Source of the DNA: Eledone cirrhosa
Lineage: Eukaryota
NCBI GenBank assembly: GCA_964016885.1
Contig: OZ024742.1
Coordinates: 322,338,001-322,402,000, forward strand
DNA: 64,000 bases
Direction of reading: 5' to 3'
Under the pieces are notes generated by a model. The model was not told the origin of the DNA. It did no database searches and saw only the letters and a list, made by a program, of their open reading frames with translations. Shown piece after piece: positions 23,939 to 37,069 of the stretch. Made by a program: the position numbers and the translations under genes. Numbering within the stretch: position 1 is the first letter of the stretch; the number at the start of each line of letters is the position of its first letter.

Positions 23939-25163
23939 AGAGTTTTTTCAGTTTCTTTATTGTCAGTTGTTGTGGGTACAGTGTTTTCAGACCAGCTGGT
24001 GTCTCTTTTCCATGATTCGCCAGCCTTAACAAACTTCCATATCTGCCCATCATCTCGTAGGCTGAAGCTTTCATGTTCTGCCGAGCTGCGGTTTAGGCAA
24101 GCTGCAGCACGCAACTTTGGGCGGACATCAGGTGGAAGACCAGGACGTGTTCGGAAAGCAATCGGACTTTCACGCCTAGCTTTATCAGAGGCTACAAGGT
24201 ATGAACGTGCCTCAGTTGAGTTGGAAAACGACAGTCTAATTAACCTGGGTTTCGGGCCTGGTCGGCCAAGGCGTAGAGCACCCTTTGCGGGAGCACAGCC
24301 CAGGTCTTTGGATGAACTGGCAGCAAATGCCTGAAGATCAACTATGTCTTCCGGCACACCAATGGCAATCACTTCGTGGTTTGCAGATTCAGTGGCATTC
24401 TCAATGCGTCTAGGTTCAACATGAGGTACGCGGAGATTTTTTAACAAGGCACTCCGGTAAGATCCCTCATTGTGGTGTTCTACACGAACGCTTGATTTTA
24501 TTTCCGCTATTTCTTGACTTAAAGCGGAAATCATTTGCCGTATTTCCTCAAACTCCGTATTGACGGTCGGTTTTTGTTGTTGTTCTTCTCCTTCAACAGG
24601 CATGGCAGAAGACACAGTCGTCGGTTGTTGTTGTTGAAAACTAACGGGTGAGGAAGACATGGGTTGCTGTTGTTGATGAAGTCCTTCAACGGGGTAGTAG
24701 CAGAAGCTACGGTCGTTGGTTTTTGCTGTTGTTCAGGGACAATGGTAGAGGAAGACACGATCCTCGGTTTTTGTTGTTGTTGTTCAGGAACAATGGTAGA
24801 AGACACGATCTTCGGTCTTTGTTGTTGTTGTTGTTCCGCAGCAATGGGAGAAGCAGGCATACAGTCCAGGCACTGAAAGGACCAGTTTGTTAGCTGGACC
24901 ATCTCCCAGAGTCTATCCATCGTAGCAATATGATGTTTCTTATTTTGGCCTGGGATTTTCCGGAAGCCTGTGGCGCATTGAAGGCAGACATAGATGCGAC
25001 AGGTTCCACATTCGACCCAACGATTACTTAACGAGTTTTCGGGTTCCGTACAGATATGGCACGTGTGATCTTCCGGGCAATGTTCTATTTTGCCACATCG
25101 ACCAGTTTTGTCGCATACTCCATCGACGGATATCACCATGGCAATTTTGTTATTTCTACCCAT
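23929..25163 (-). CDS. CR1 ORF1 (PHD-like finger, Q-rich repeats, coiled coil), split by a 1-nt deletion near 24692
   Basis: CHIC..WVECGTC....CLQC..CLDC; adding one base to the G4 run at 24691-24694 joins the two track ORFs into ~411 aa. Confidence 0.85.
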
Positions 25164-25859
25164 CCGTAGAAAAACACAGAATCTAAACAATATAGGTTTA
25201 GCGCACTTGATTACGATAGAAATAAAATGTCTGTTTTTTTGTTTTGTTTTTTGTGTATTTTGTTTCCGTTTTCCTAAATGTTGTGTGTGTACAGAAGAGT
25301 CTGTGCATGTAAACAAATAAATATGCTGCGTAAGTTAAATGAAACGTACTGTAGAAGGCAGTTGTTTATTAACAGCGAAATAACGTTTTTTTTTTGTTTT
25401 TTTTTTCCCCCTGATACTGCTTCTTTATAATAAACTTTCAATAATATTTTTTTTCTTCAAATTATTAACTTTCAGCTGCTAGTATATATATATAATTAAA
25501 AGGTGTATGTGGGTTAGAAGCGAAGTCAATGTTAAGAAATATTTTACCAATGTAAATTGGTAAAATTGGCCGGTATAGTGTCTCACACGAAATAGTGTGG
25601 TTTCTTTTCACGTGTGTGTATATGCATATTGTATATATCTGTATATAAATCTGTGTGTATATTGTTGTTTATGTTTTGTGTAGTACTTACTGCCATCCTT
25701 AAGCGATGTAGTGATTTGTTTTTTTGTTTTTTTCCTTTTTTCACCGTCCATGTCCACACGTGGTTTGTTGGCTAAAACTGTTCTTTGCTTCAGTTTGTCT
25801 ACACAATATAAAGCTCTAAACATTTGTTTATTGAACACTCTTATAAATTCTTGATTTAG

Positions 25860-26168
25860 AATCATGCCTTTTCTGATAAAAGTAATATTTTGGAAAATTA
25901 TGTCCAACAGCAACCTGGTGATTTCAGTGTCAGACCTAGACTCCAATACCCCCAAAACTGAAAACCCCAAGGGGCCAAAGTACCGGCCACTCTCCGATAG
26001 GTTTATTGTTGAACCTATGATGGTGGAACCATCTAGCATTCTGGGTCCCCAAACCACCTTCCTTATTGCAATCAAGACACAGATGAACATTGGAAAGAAT
26101 GAACTCTACAAGTTAGACTGGTTCTGTCAGCACATCACTATCTTTCAACATCCTTGCTATCCGTTGAG
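25860..26168 (+). CDS. Candidate host-gene exon, product unrecognised
   Basis: tttag acceptor, 309-nt open non-repetitive frame, AG/gtaac donor, symmetric phase 2. Confidence 0.4.
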
Positions 26169-26214
26169 GTAACATATTCACAATTCTGTCCACCGAGACC
26201 ATGAATTAATTGTT

Positions 26215-26388
26215 TCTACTTTTGGCACAAGGCCAGCAATTCTCCCAGTGCATTACTGGTGCTTTATTTTATTGACCCCGTAAGTTAACCTCGGCGGGAT
26301 TTGAACTCAGACCGTAAAGAGCCGTAACTCTATGCTTCAAAGCATGGCGTCCAACCCTCTACAGATACCGCCAATCCACCACCCTAAA
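26215..26388 (-). mobile_element. tRNA-derived SINE
   Basis: Reverse complement of the 15074 family. Confidence 0.8.
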
Positions 26389-26658
26389 TAACATCTGCCT
26401 GAAGTCTTGCAAAGGACATTTACTTTATAAAACGACAAGAAATGTTCCCTTGTTAGCAAATACAAATACAGAAGTATTTTAAGTTTACACAATTATGCAC
26501 AAAAGTTTTCACCCAAGTTAAATATATTGATAGCTCTTAATATACTGTAGTTGTGGCTCTATTTGTTGATACTCATTGCAGTGTAGTACTGCAGTTCAGT
26601 ATAGAATATCTGAAGTCTTGTGACATTTCACTACATTTAGATACCTTGTGACGTTCTT

Positions 26659-26811
26659 CATCATCATCACCCCACCACCACCACCACCGCCATCATCATC
26701 ACCGCCACCATCATCATCACCACCACCATCATCGTCACTACCATCATCATCATCACCACCATCATCATCGTCACCACCATCATCGTCACCACCACCATCA
26801 TCATCACCATC

Positions 26812-26845
<34 letters not shown>

Positions 26846-27082
26846 CCACCATCATCGTCACCATCACCACCATCATCGTCACCACCATCATCGTCACCAC
26901 CACCATCATCATCACCACCACCACCATCATCATCATCGTCATCACCATCATCGTCACCACCACCATCATCATCATCATCATCACCACCACCACCATCATC
27001 ATTATCATCATCACCACTATCATTATCATCATCACCACCACCACCGTCAACACCATCATCACCACCACCACCACCATCATCC
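26659..27082. repeat. (CAT/CAC)n trinucleotide tract
   Basis: Direct inspection. Confidence 0.9.
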
Positions 27083-27274
27083 TCGTCTCTTGTCCATTTC
27101 ATGGGTTGGACAGGTCTTCTCCAGCATACCACCTCTTCACCTTTCTGTCTGTTTGACAGTCTATATGTCTTTCTGACAGTTTGCTTATCTATCAATCTGA
27201 TTATATGTATCTCTTTATCTCTTTCTATATCTATCTATCTACTTACATCTCTCTCTTTCCACATATATATATAT

Positions 27275-29857
27275 ATCATCATCATCATCAGGTTTAGCGT
27301 CCGTGTTCCACGCTTGCATGGGTTTGGACGGGGTTTTCCCACTTGAGGCAAGAGTGGTTGTCTTGCTCGCATAGGACTGTCTGGCGGGTTTTCTACAGTT
27401 GGATGCCCTTCCTAACACCAACCACATTTACAGTGTGGGACTGGGAGGTTTTTACCGTGTTGCCTACACGGCCACATTACAGCGTGGACTGTCTGGCGGG
27501 TTTTCTACAGCTGGATGCCCTTCCTAACACCAACCACATTTACAGTGTGGGGCTGGGAGGTTTTTACCGTGTTGCCTACACGGCCACATTTACAGCGTGG
27601 ACTGTGTGTTTTTTTGTCGTGACACCTACACGATCTCATTTGTTTCGGCCTGGATGTTGTGGGACCAACATAACTGTACATTGAAAGGGGTGGTGTGGAT
27701 GGGGTGGAGGTGGTGGGACGGGGGGGGGGGGGGGGGGGTTTGATAGAGATGCCTACTGACTGTAGTAGGTTTTTACTTTGTATTTAGGTAAGGCGGGTCT
27801 TCTCTATTACTGAGTACCGCCAAAGGTCTCGGTCCAGTGACATTGTCTTGGAGAGGTGTAAGCGTGTGAGGTCGGAATTTATCAGCTCGTCCCATGTTTT
27901 TCTGGGTCTGCCTACTCCGTGGCTACCGTCTATCTTTATTGCCCTGCACTTTGTTATACAGCTGTTGTCTTTCATGCGCATCACGTGACCGTACCAACGT
28001 AGCCTTCTCTCGAGTAAACAACATCTGATCCCTCTTATTTCTAATTTTTTCCTTAGTTCGTTTATGCTTTGCCGTTCACGTATATTACTATTGCACATCC
28101 AGCGGAGCATGCAAGCTTCGTTCCTCTCTAGTCTGCGTATATCCTCTGCACACAATGCCCAGGTCTCACTGCCATGCAGCATTGCTGTTCGTATGCAGGC
28201 ATCGTATAACCTGCCTTTCATTTTTAGGGAGAACCCTCTAGCGGCTAATAGTGGTATAAGCTCTCTGAACTTTTTCCATCCAGTTCTGACTCTAGCTACT
28301 GTACTTTCAGAGCACCCTCCCCCACTGCTGATTTTGTCACCCAGGTAACGGAAGCTGTCCACTATTTCTATAGAACCCTCTGCGCAGTTGAAGGAGCTAG
28401 TATTTTGTGGGCACTTGCTGCTACTTATTGCACCAGAGCACCGGCCACATGTAAAATCTATGTTCTTAGTTAGCTTACCTGTGATCCCACTACATCTTTT
28501 ATGCACCCATACTTTGCATTTGGGACATAAAATGGAGTTTCTACCTACGCCTTTCCTACACACTGAGCATGGCCATTTCCCAGATGGGACTGCCGCCATA
28601 TTTTCTTTCCTACAAACTAGAACTTTTGTCTTAGCCAGGTTAATTTTAAGGCCTTTTGATTCTAGGCCGTGCTTCCATGTTTGGAGTTTCTTCTCTAGTT
28701 CGGTCATTGATTCAGCTATGAGCGTTAGATCATCTGCGTATAGGAGTTCCCATGGGCAGCCGGTCTTGAACTCCTCTGTTATAGCCTGAAGGGCAATAAT
28801 AAATAGTAGGGGGCTAAGAACAGAGCCCTGATGGACACCAACTTTTACGCTAAACTCTTCACTATATTCGTTGTTAATTCTAACCTTACTGACTGTTTCT
28901 TTATACATGGCTTGTATAGCTCTCACAAGCCATTCGTCAACACCTAGTTTTCTAAGAGACCACCAGATAATGGAACGAGGGACTCTGTCGAAGGCTTTCT
29001 CCAAGTCGACGAAAGCTAAGTATAGGGGTTTACTTTTAGCCAGGTACTTCTCCTGTAGTTGTCGTACAATGAAAAGAGCGTCTGTGGTACTTTTGCCTGA
29101 CACAAATCCGAACTGCATTTCATCTAGATCAATTCTCTCTCTGATTAGTTGCGCTATTACTTTTTCCGTGACCTTCATGACCTGGTCGATGTGGGGGAGA
29201 CTGTCTTTCTCCCATTTGTTCTCCTCATTTAGAAGCCTTTCGTAGTGACACTTCCAAGCTACCTTCTTATCAGCGTCGGTGATGGCAAGTATGCCATCAT
29301 CGTTAAGCACACACTTCTCCCCGACAATATCACGGTTTTCCTTGACACATTGCCTGGCAATCCTGAACACCTCACGTTTTTGGTCCTCACGTTGTAGAAC
29401 ATGCTTGAACTTTCTTTCCTCTGCTTCCCTTCTTGCGAAGTACACTTGTCTCCTAGCTTCCCTCCTGGCTACCTGATAGTCTTCTCTACTTCCCCCATCC
29501 CGCCATGCTTTCCAAGCCTGCTTTTTGGCCTTAATTGACTCCTCCACCTTACTGTTCCACCACCATGTTACTCTCCTCCTACCTACAGGCCTGCTCCAGC
29601 CACAGACTTCGTCTGCCGCCGTCAGCAGGTTTGCTCTCAGGAATTCCCACTGTTCCTCTATATTATACGACTCTAATTGTTCTTCCTTACTGTCGAAAGC
29701 GTCAAGTAATATGCTTTGAAATTTATTTCTGGCTATGGGGTCCTTTAGCTTCCATATTTTTCTCCTGAGGATAGTCCTCTTCCGCTGTCTAGTACGTCTC
29801 GTCCTGACTATGAGGTCGCTAATTATCAGTCTATGTTGGGAGGTGAATTCTTCATGG

Positions 29858-29860
<3 letters not shown>
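27275..29860 (-). mobile_element. 5'-truncated RTE-clade LINE with internal deletion
   Basis: (GAT)n tail adjoining a (TA)n tract; 3' UTR with two ~112-bp units; ORF as below. Confidence 0.92.
27784..29858 (-). CDS. RTE polyprotein fragment (end of APE, partial RT, CxxC insert, C-terminus)
   Basis: Frame open from PHEEFTSQHRL; QFGF, FVDLEKAFD, GVHQGSVLSP, YADD, FRYLG, RLRWYGHV, GRPRKTW. Confidence 0.85.
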
Positions 29861-29891
<31 letters not shown>

Positions 29892-30149
29892 ATAATCACC
29901 ATCATCACCATGTAACATCCATTTTTTTCCACACTGGCATGGGTTAGACAAGTTATCCTGTTGTGAGCAATGCCAAGTCAGGTGACAATGCCTTGCTCAT
30001 ACAGAACTATATATATCTTTGTTATGTTCAGTATCCTGAGAACAGTTTCCACCCACATCTTTCTTCCACTTAGATTACTTGGCACTTGTTTCTCCAACTG
30101 TCATCCTAAATATGTATGTCATATCTATCAGCACAGTCTACTCTTACTG

Positions 30150-31130
30150 CTAACTACTCCTCTTGTGGATCTACCACATATAAAGTCTTTCTTCTCTTCC
30201 AGCCTACCTGTGATTCTTTTAGATCCCTTGTCTACTCATAGTTTACATTCAGTACACCATATGGAATTCCTGTCTATTCCTTTTATATATATCAGATATG
30301 GAAGGACTGGAGCCCTTAAAATTAAAACACTTGAGAGATTTCCATAAGATGCAACTTCATATGAGCCTGGACATGACTTCCTATGGATAGCTGGTAATAA
30401 ATTCCTTTTTTATGACCTGGAGAACTATAATAAACAAGAGGGGGCTGAGAGTTGATCCCTGATAGATATACATCTGTATGCTAAATTCCTCACTGAACTC
30501 AGCTTGCTGATGACCCTTATGTAGATGAATTGTGTGGTTCTCCTGGTATTCTTAGTGACCACCAGACTACAGAGTGTAGAGCTCTATCAAAGCACTTATT
30601 CAAATCAATCAATACTTGGTATAAGTAACTTACTTTTAACTAAGAACTTTTCTTGTGGTTGTCTAGCTAGGAAGAGTGCATCAGTGGTACCCCATCCTGA
30701 CACAAATCTGGACTTCATTTCATCTAAGGCAATCCTTTTCTTAATCAGTTGTGTTAAAATTTTTTCTGTTACTTTCATAACCTGGTTCATTAAATTTGAC
30801 ATCTCTGAATTTGCTTCTTTCTAGAGTTTCTTTATGACAGTCATTGGGTATGACATCTTCCCCTGTACTACTTAATTAACAATAGGAGTGACTAGTGTGA
30901 GAGCTATTTCAAGAGATATTTTAAAAATCTCTGTGACCAATGACTAGCTGCTTTCTCTGTCTTCATATCCTTAATTGTGCTGTCCACCATACAATTATTA
31001 ACATCATTAGCTGGTACTTCTGCATTCTTCACATTTAGCAACCTCTTGTATTGACATTTTGAAACCTCATTCTTCTTGGCATCAGTCAGTGTAGGTGTAC
31101 TTCTATCCTTCTGAACACACTTCTCTAATG
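30150..31130 (-). pseudogene. Old RTE RT fragments
   Basis: NQVMKVTEKILTQLIKKRIALDEM..GTTDALFLARQ. Confidence 0.7.
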
Positions 31131-31619
31131 ATATGAAACTTCAGCTGTGTCAAAGAGAAGGGAGCCTCCCTAATATTGGTGCCATGATAAAATGAATTCA
31201 GTAGAGCATGGGAACATATGTGTGATGTGGACCCTCCCCATTCCTTATATCATCTCCATAACCTCAATGTATATCAGAATAGCCATCATAGTGTTGCTCA
31301 ACATGTCTATTAGAGTCACCACCTATGATACAAGGTCACTGTCATTTGTTATTAAAGTGGTCAGCAAGAGGGCCTCATAGACGGCCAAATTAAAGCAATT
31401 AGGGGCTCTGGGCTAGACAATATTTGAAGTCCCCAGAACCTACTTACAAAAAATGTTATGAAAATCAAAGTACATGAATTCATCATCATTTTTACATCCG
31501 TTTTTCCATCTTGCATGGGTTGGACAGGGCCTTTTCAGCACAGCATTACACCACTATTAGTGTTCCTTTGTCATTTCCTCTGTGAGTTTCAGCAACTGAG
31601 ATCTTACCGCCTCCACCCA

Positions 31620-32620
31620 GGTCTTCCTTGATCTACCTCTACTGTGACTTCCTTTCAGTGGGATTTCCTGGCGGTTCTTTCTCCCAGCGATCATCATCCA
31701 TGCACATCACATATCTGTACCTAAACAGTCTAAACTTCTTCCATCCTATCCTTATTCTTGTTTATATGCTCTTGGAGCAACCTCCTCTGCTGTTAATTAG
31801 GTCACCTAGATATCAGAAGCTATCAACTACTTCTATCGATGCTTCATGTGATTGAAAAAGGTTTATATCACTGATGCTCTTCCCATCGATTACTCCTGTG
31901 CATTTTCTGCATACAAAGTCTTCCCTTCCTGTTAGTCTACTTGTTAGCCCACTACATTTCTTGTGTACATTGTATAGAATTTATGCCTACTCCTTTTCAT
32001 CATATTAAGCAGGGCCACTTCCCTGAAGGAATCAGGGTCCTATCTTCTTTCCTACTGATTAGCACTTTAGTTTTGGTTAGGTTTACTCTCAGCCTCTTTG
32101 ATTCCAAATTCTGTCCATAGTTGGAACTTATACTCTAGTTCTTTCATAGATTCCGTTATAAGGATTAGATCATCCTCATAGAGAAATTTCCATGGACAGC
32201 CAGTCTTAAACTACTCTGTTATGGCCTGGAGAACTATGAAAAATAGCAGTGGGCTGAGAACCAAACTGTAATGAACTCCTGCTTATACCTTGAATTCCTC
32301 ACTGTGCTCACTTCTTACATTTACCTTACTGACAGCTCCTCTGTACATGGCTTGCACTGCTTTCACAAGCCATTCTTCTGCACCTAATTTCCTTAAAGAC
32401 CACCAGATAACTGAAAAAAACTCTGTCCAAGGCCTTTTTTACATAAACAAAAGCTAAATATAGTGGCTTATTTTTGGGTAGGAACTTCTCTTGTAGTTGC
32501 CTCACTAACAAGAGGGCATCTGCAGTACATTTTCCTGGCATAAAACCGAACTGTATCTCACCTAAATTGACACTGTCCCTAATTATCTTATATACATACT
32601 AGAACTCTTTCTGTCACTTC
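31620..32620 (-). pseudogene. Old RTE RT fragment
   Basis: PGKCTADALLLVRQLQEKFL..PLYLAFV; many frameshifts. Confidence 0.75.
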
Positions 32621-32859
32621 ATAATACTAACCACTTTACATCATATGCTGGAAGCGTTTTATTGTGGCAGCAGCACTACCACCTTACAGAGAAAGCTGCA
32701 TGTGTGTGAGGGGAGGTGAGACATAGCTAATGTAGTCCTACATAAGCAATTTGTAAGAAAGAACCTATTATATGTATGTATGTATGTATAGATGTATGTA
32801 TGCATGCATGAATGTTTATATGTATATTTGTTTGTATATTTATATTTATATATATACAA

Positions 32860-32997
32860 GGGTCCAGAATTAGCTGTCGAAACGGCTTGAGCTCAGCCGT
32901 CGGGGTCCTACTCGTTCCTATTACCCACTCTACTACCCTAAGTATTGAGTACTTTGGTGCGTTATGGTCCACCTGGTTCCTTACCACATTTCCTTTG

Positions 32998-33000
<3 letters not shown>
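32860..33000 (+). mobile_element. Family E fragment (3' half of hammerhead)
   Basis: gtcGAAAcggcttgagctcagccgTCggggt, flanked by TA repeats. Confidence 0.65.
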
Positions 33001-33043
<43 letters not shown>

Positions 33044-33074
33044 GTGTGTGTTTATCTGTTTATACATATATATG

Positions 33075-33118
<44 letters not shown>

Positions 33119-33357
33119 AATCATCATCATCAGAGAGGGAGAGAGAGACACTGAGACATATATTTAGAGGACACCACTATTTCCTCCTATTGATTTTAAT
33201 CAATAAACAATAGTGTTGTACTGTAGCCAAAATAGAGATTTATGTTGGACACAACAGAAAAATGCTGTTTCTGCAGAATCGGTCAATACTTTGCAGCATA
33301 TTACTTGGTTATTTTAAGCAATAGGTGTGTGTGTGTATATATATATATACATTCAAT

Positions 33358-33503
33358 ATTATTAAGGCTAAAAAGTGAGCCTTGTTACTCAGGAGTTTTG
33401 CCTGTTCACAGGGTCTTCAGACAAGAAAGAGTTCTTGTCTGATCACCCTGTGATAAACAGGCGAAACTCCAGAGTAACAAGACTCACTTTTTAGTCCTAT
33501 TAA
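33358..33503. ncRNA. Fold-back with two opposed type I hammerheads (family D)
   Basis: Plus 33434-33481: cttgt CTGATCA c-cctgt..acagg-c GAAA ctc ca gag TA acaag; minus 33381-33425: CTGAAGA..AAAA ctc ct gag TA acaag. Confidence 0.75.
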
Positions 33504-33592
33504 TTTTGGATATTAAAACTCAATTTCGGTATTGAGTACTCCTTTCTCTAGCCGTCAACCACATATGGATATATGTATATATTATATTTGTG

Positions 33593-33627
<35 letters not shown>

Positions 33628-35446
33628 ATATGTATGTATAAAATATATTTATGTATGAACATATATCTATATATATATATATCTTGTCATACTTTTGGAG
33701 GGTCATGCTGCCAATAAAAAACAACTGCACCTGTTGGGTTTCACTTCAATTTATTATTTTAGTTTCCCATTCATTTAGTTTAATAATCGAATGGTTATTC
33801 TGTAGTTGATTGTCATTAAAGCTCTTTCGTCACACATTCTGTGACCTCCTCAGTGACTACTTTAGTACTTATTTTGTCTCTCCTTTGTGGTGGTGGTGGT
33901 GGTAGTGATAATGGTAGTAGGAGTGATGGTAGTGGTAGTAGGGGTAGTGATGGTAGTAGGGATGGTGGTAGTTGTAGTGGTGGTACTGGTAGTGTTTGTG
34001 GTAGTCGTAGTGGTGGTGGTGGTAGTGGTAGTTGTAGTAGTGGTGGTAGTGATGTCTACAGGAATGATCTATCTAGATGGTATCATTTATATAGCAGGCC
34101 TGGATGGTGTTAATAATGTCTATAGTGGTACAGGCGGCGGTGTTGATAGTATCTCCAATGGTATAGGTGGTGTCAATAGAATCTAGGCGGTATCCTCTAT
34201 ATAGTATATAACACACATATATATATATATAGCAGGTCATTAATGAGGCTATGTCAGCCTTGATCAACAAATCTTCTTAACAGTTTAACTCAATAAATCT
34301 GTTTCATATTCCAGGTAAATAGCTTCAAATATTCAATGACAATCAATTCATACATAACTGCTTCATGTACATACACATACATACAGAGAGACACACATAC
34401 ATACACACACACACACATGCATACAGACACACATACATATAGAGACACATACACATACACACACGGAGATACACCCACACACACATCATCATCCTCGTTA
34501 TCATTATTTTATGTCTACTTTCCATGCTGTCATGGGTTGGACAGATCATCACAGTCCCAGAATAGATGGCTTCTCATATATTCCCTATCATCATCATCAT
34601 CATCATTTAACATCTGCTTTTCCATACTGCCATTGGCTGGGGACACACATGCACACTCCTACGTGCATCACACACACACACACACATATGTTTGTTTGTC
34701 TGTACCACTTTTCCACTCTTTGTCTGTCTATCTTTCTATCCATCCGTCTATCTATCTGCTTATTCCACAATCTGATTATGACTGTGTATCTGTGTCTATG
34801 TGTACTTATCATTTTCTTCTTGTTATTCTGGCCCTTACTAACCCTTTCATTCTGAGTTCAAATCCCACCTCCTGTTACTGGAAATATGTGTGTGCATAAT
34901 ATGACTGAAGCCTTTATTAAAATACCCAAGAAATTCCCTATAAAATGTAACCTTGTAGGATAGGCTACCCCCCATCCCTCGAGGGAGCATTGAGATAGTC
35001 CAGGTGGCTACTGGAGCTTAAGGGGGGCATTGGGAGGAGGGGGTAGAGATGATATAATAGTATATTAAATATCAAATGATACATATTATATATAAATATA
35101 GTAAAATAAAAAAATATATATTTATTTATACATAGTATATAGTATATATTATATTATTTATTATATATAAATTAACGATTTTATTTACTATATATTATGA
35201 TTTGCGTAAAGGCAGGTCTCTTGGGAAATAGGGGTGGGAGCCGCTTAGGGTATTACGTGGCCGCGGGGGGGGGGGGGGGGGGGCAAAGTTTGAGAACCTC
35301 TGTTGTAGGAGGTTAGCTGATCCTCAGCATGTATGAGCTCTAACAACATAGATATGTTTGTGTGATATGACTGAGGTCCCTATCATTAAAAGATTCAAGA
35401 AACCTCCTATGTTGGCTAAACAACAGGTGTGAGCTGTAATAACAAC

Positions 35447-35990
35447 AACAAAAAGCACCCAGCTCACACTGTAAAGTGGTTGTGTCGGTGTCACAACAAA
35501 AAGCACCCAGTCCACACTGTAAAGTGGTTGTGTCGGTGTCACAACAAAAAGCACCCAGTCCACACTGTAAAGTGGTTGTGTGGGTGTCACGACAAAAAGT
35601 ACCCAGTCCACACTGTAAAGTGGTTGTGTTGGTGTCACGACAAAAAGCACCCAGCCCACATTGTAAAGTGGTTGTGTTGGTGTCACGACAAAAAGCACCC
35701 AGTACACACTGTAAAGTGGTTGTGTAGGTGTCACGACAAAAAGCACCCAGTCCACACTGTAAAGTGGTTGTGTTGGTGTCACAACAAAAAGTACCCAGCC
35801 CACACTGTAAAGTGGTTGTGTAGGTGTCACAACAAAAAGCACCCAGCCCACACTGTAAAGTGGTTGTGTTGGTGTCACAACAAAAAGTACCCAGCCCACA
35901 CTGTAAAGTGGTTGTGTTGGTGTCATGACAAAAAGCACCCAGCCCACACTGTAAAGTGGTTGCGTTGGTGTGACAACATAAAGCACTCAG
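35447..35990 (+). repeat. 48-bp minisatellite (~11 copies) inside an RTE-type 3' tail
   Basis: acaaaaagcacccagtccacactgtaaagtggttgtgtyggtgtcac; followed by gaagggcatccagc...gttaaacggtgatgatg. Confidence 0.9.
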
Positions 35991-36810
35991 TGCTGTAAAT
36001 GATGTTGGCATTATGAAGGGCATCCAGCTCTAGAAACCAAGCCAGAATCAGTTCTGTATGTACAAGACATCGTCACCTACCCTAGCATTGCTCACAACAG
36101 GACAATTTGTCTAGACATGCTAGCATGGAAAAATTGACGTTAAACGGTGATGATGATTATGTGTGTATATACACTCTTTACTTATTATACCCTTTATATA
36201 TTATGTATGTGTATATCATCTTTATTTCTTTAAATTGCATGTGTGTCTGTGTGGATTAACCTCCCCTTATACACATACACACATGCCACTCTGTTATGTG
36301 TACATAGGCTTTACCTCCGTAGAACATACATTACACACACATACACTACATGCACTTACAAACATGCACACACTTGTGTATGTGCATAATATGTGTACAT
36401 AGTCTTTTATGTTTTGAAGTGTGAGTGTATGTGTGCATACATGTGTGTGAGTGTGTATGTGTATTGGAGGCTGCAGGTACATGTGTGTCCATATGCATTA
36501 GTCTGTGCATGTGTGGATTAACTGCTCCTTCCAAAACACACACCTCTTTATGTCTGTGCATATTATATGTGTTTACATAGTGTTAAGTATGGTAGTGAGT
36601 ATTTGTGTGTGTGTGTGTGCATGCATGTATGTGGGTTCAAGCGAAGGAGAGAGAGAGAGATAAAAAGGAAGACACACAAACCACATACCTTTGTGTCTAT
36701 GTGGATAAAGTAATTAATTATTTAGAGAATGTCTGTGTGAGTGTGTATAAGTATGTGTGTCTATATGTGTGTGGATTAACTTCCAACACATATACACACA
36801 TTATGATTCA

Positions 36811-36855
<45 letters not shown>

Positions 36856-37027
36856 CACACACATGCAGTAAAAAGGCTTTAGTGCTGGAAGACGGAGTTG
36901 TATATAGATTTGATATTCAGCTTAGCAATGAAATTGGGATTTAAGTGATGATTGGGATAATCTTCTGTACTTAGAGTAAATTGATTCACTTCCTATTTAT
37001 ACTATTAAATGGGTCAAGCAATGATAT

Positions 37028-37063
<36 letters not shown>

Positions 37064-37069
37064 CCTCGT

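Larger units (their letters stand above)
21000..25210 (-). mobile_element. Full-length, near-intact CR1-clade LINE
   Basis: PHD-type ORF1, APE-RT ORF2, short 3' UTR with hairpin and (ATT)n tail; 5' boundary and TSD not resolved. Confidence 0.92.

Noticed and set aside
26596-27346. Gly/Asp-rich and Pro/Ser-rich ORFs
   Set aside because: Trinucleotide tract open in several frames on both strands
35447-35990. CRISPR-like regular array
   Set aside because: No unique spacers, no cas genes, eukaryotic context
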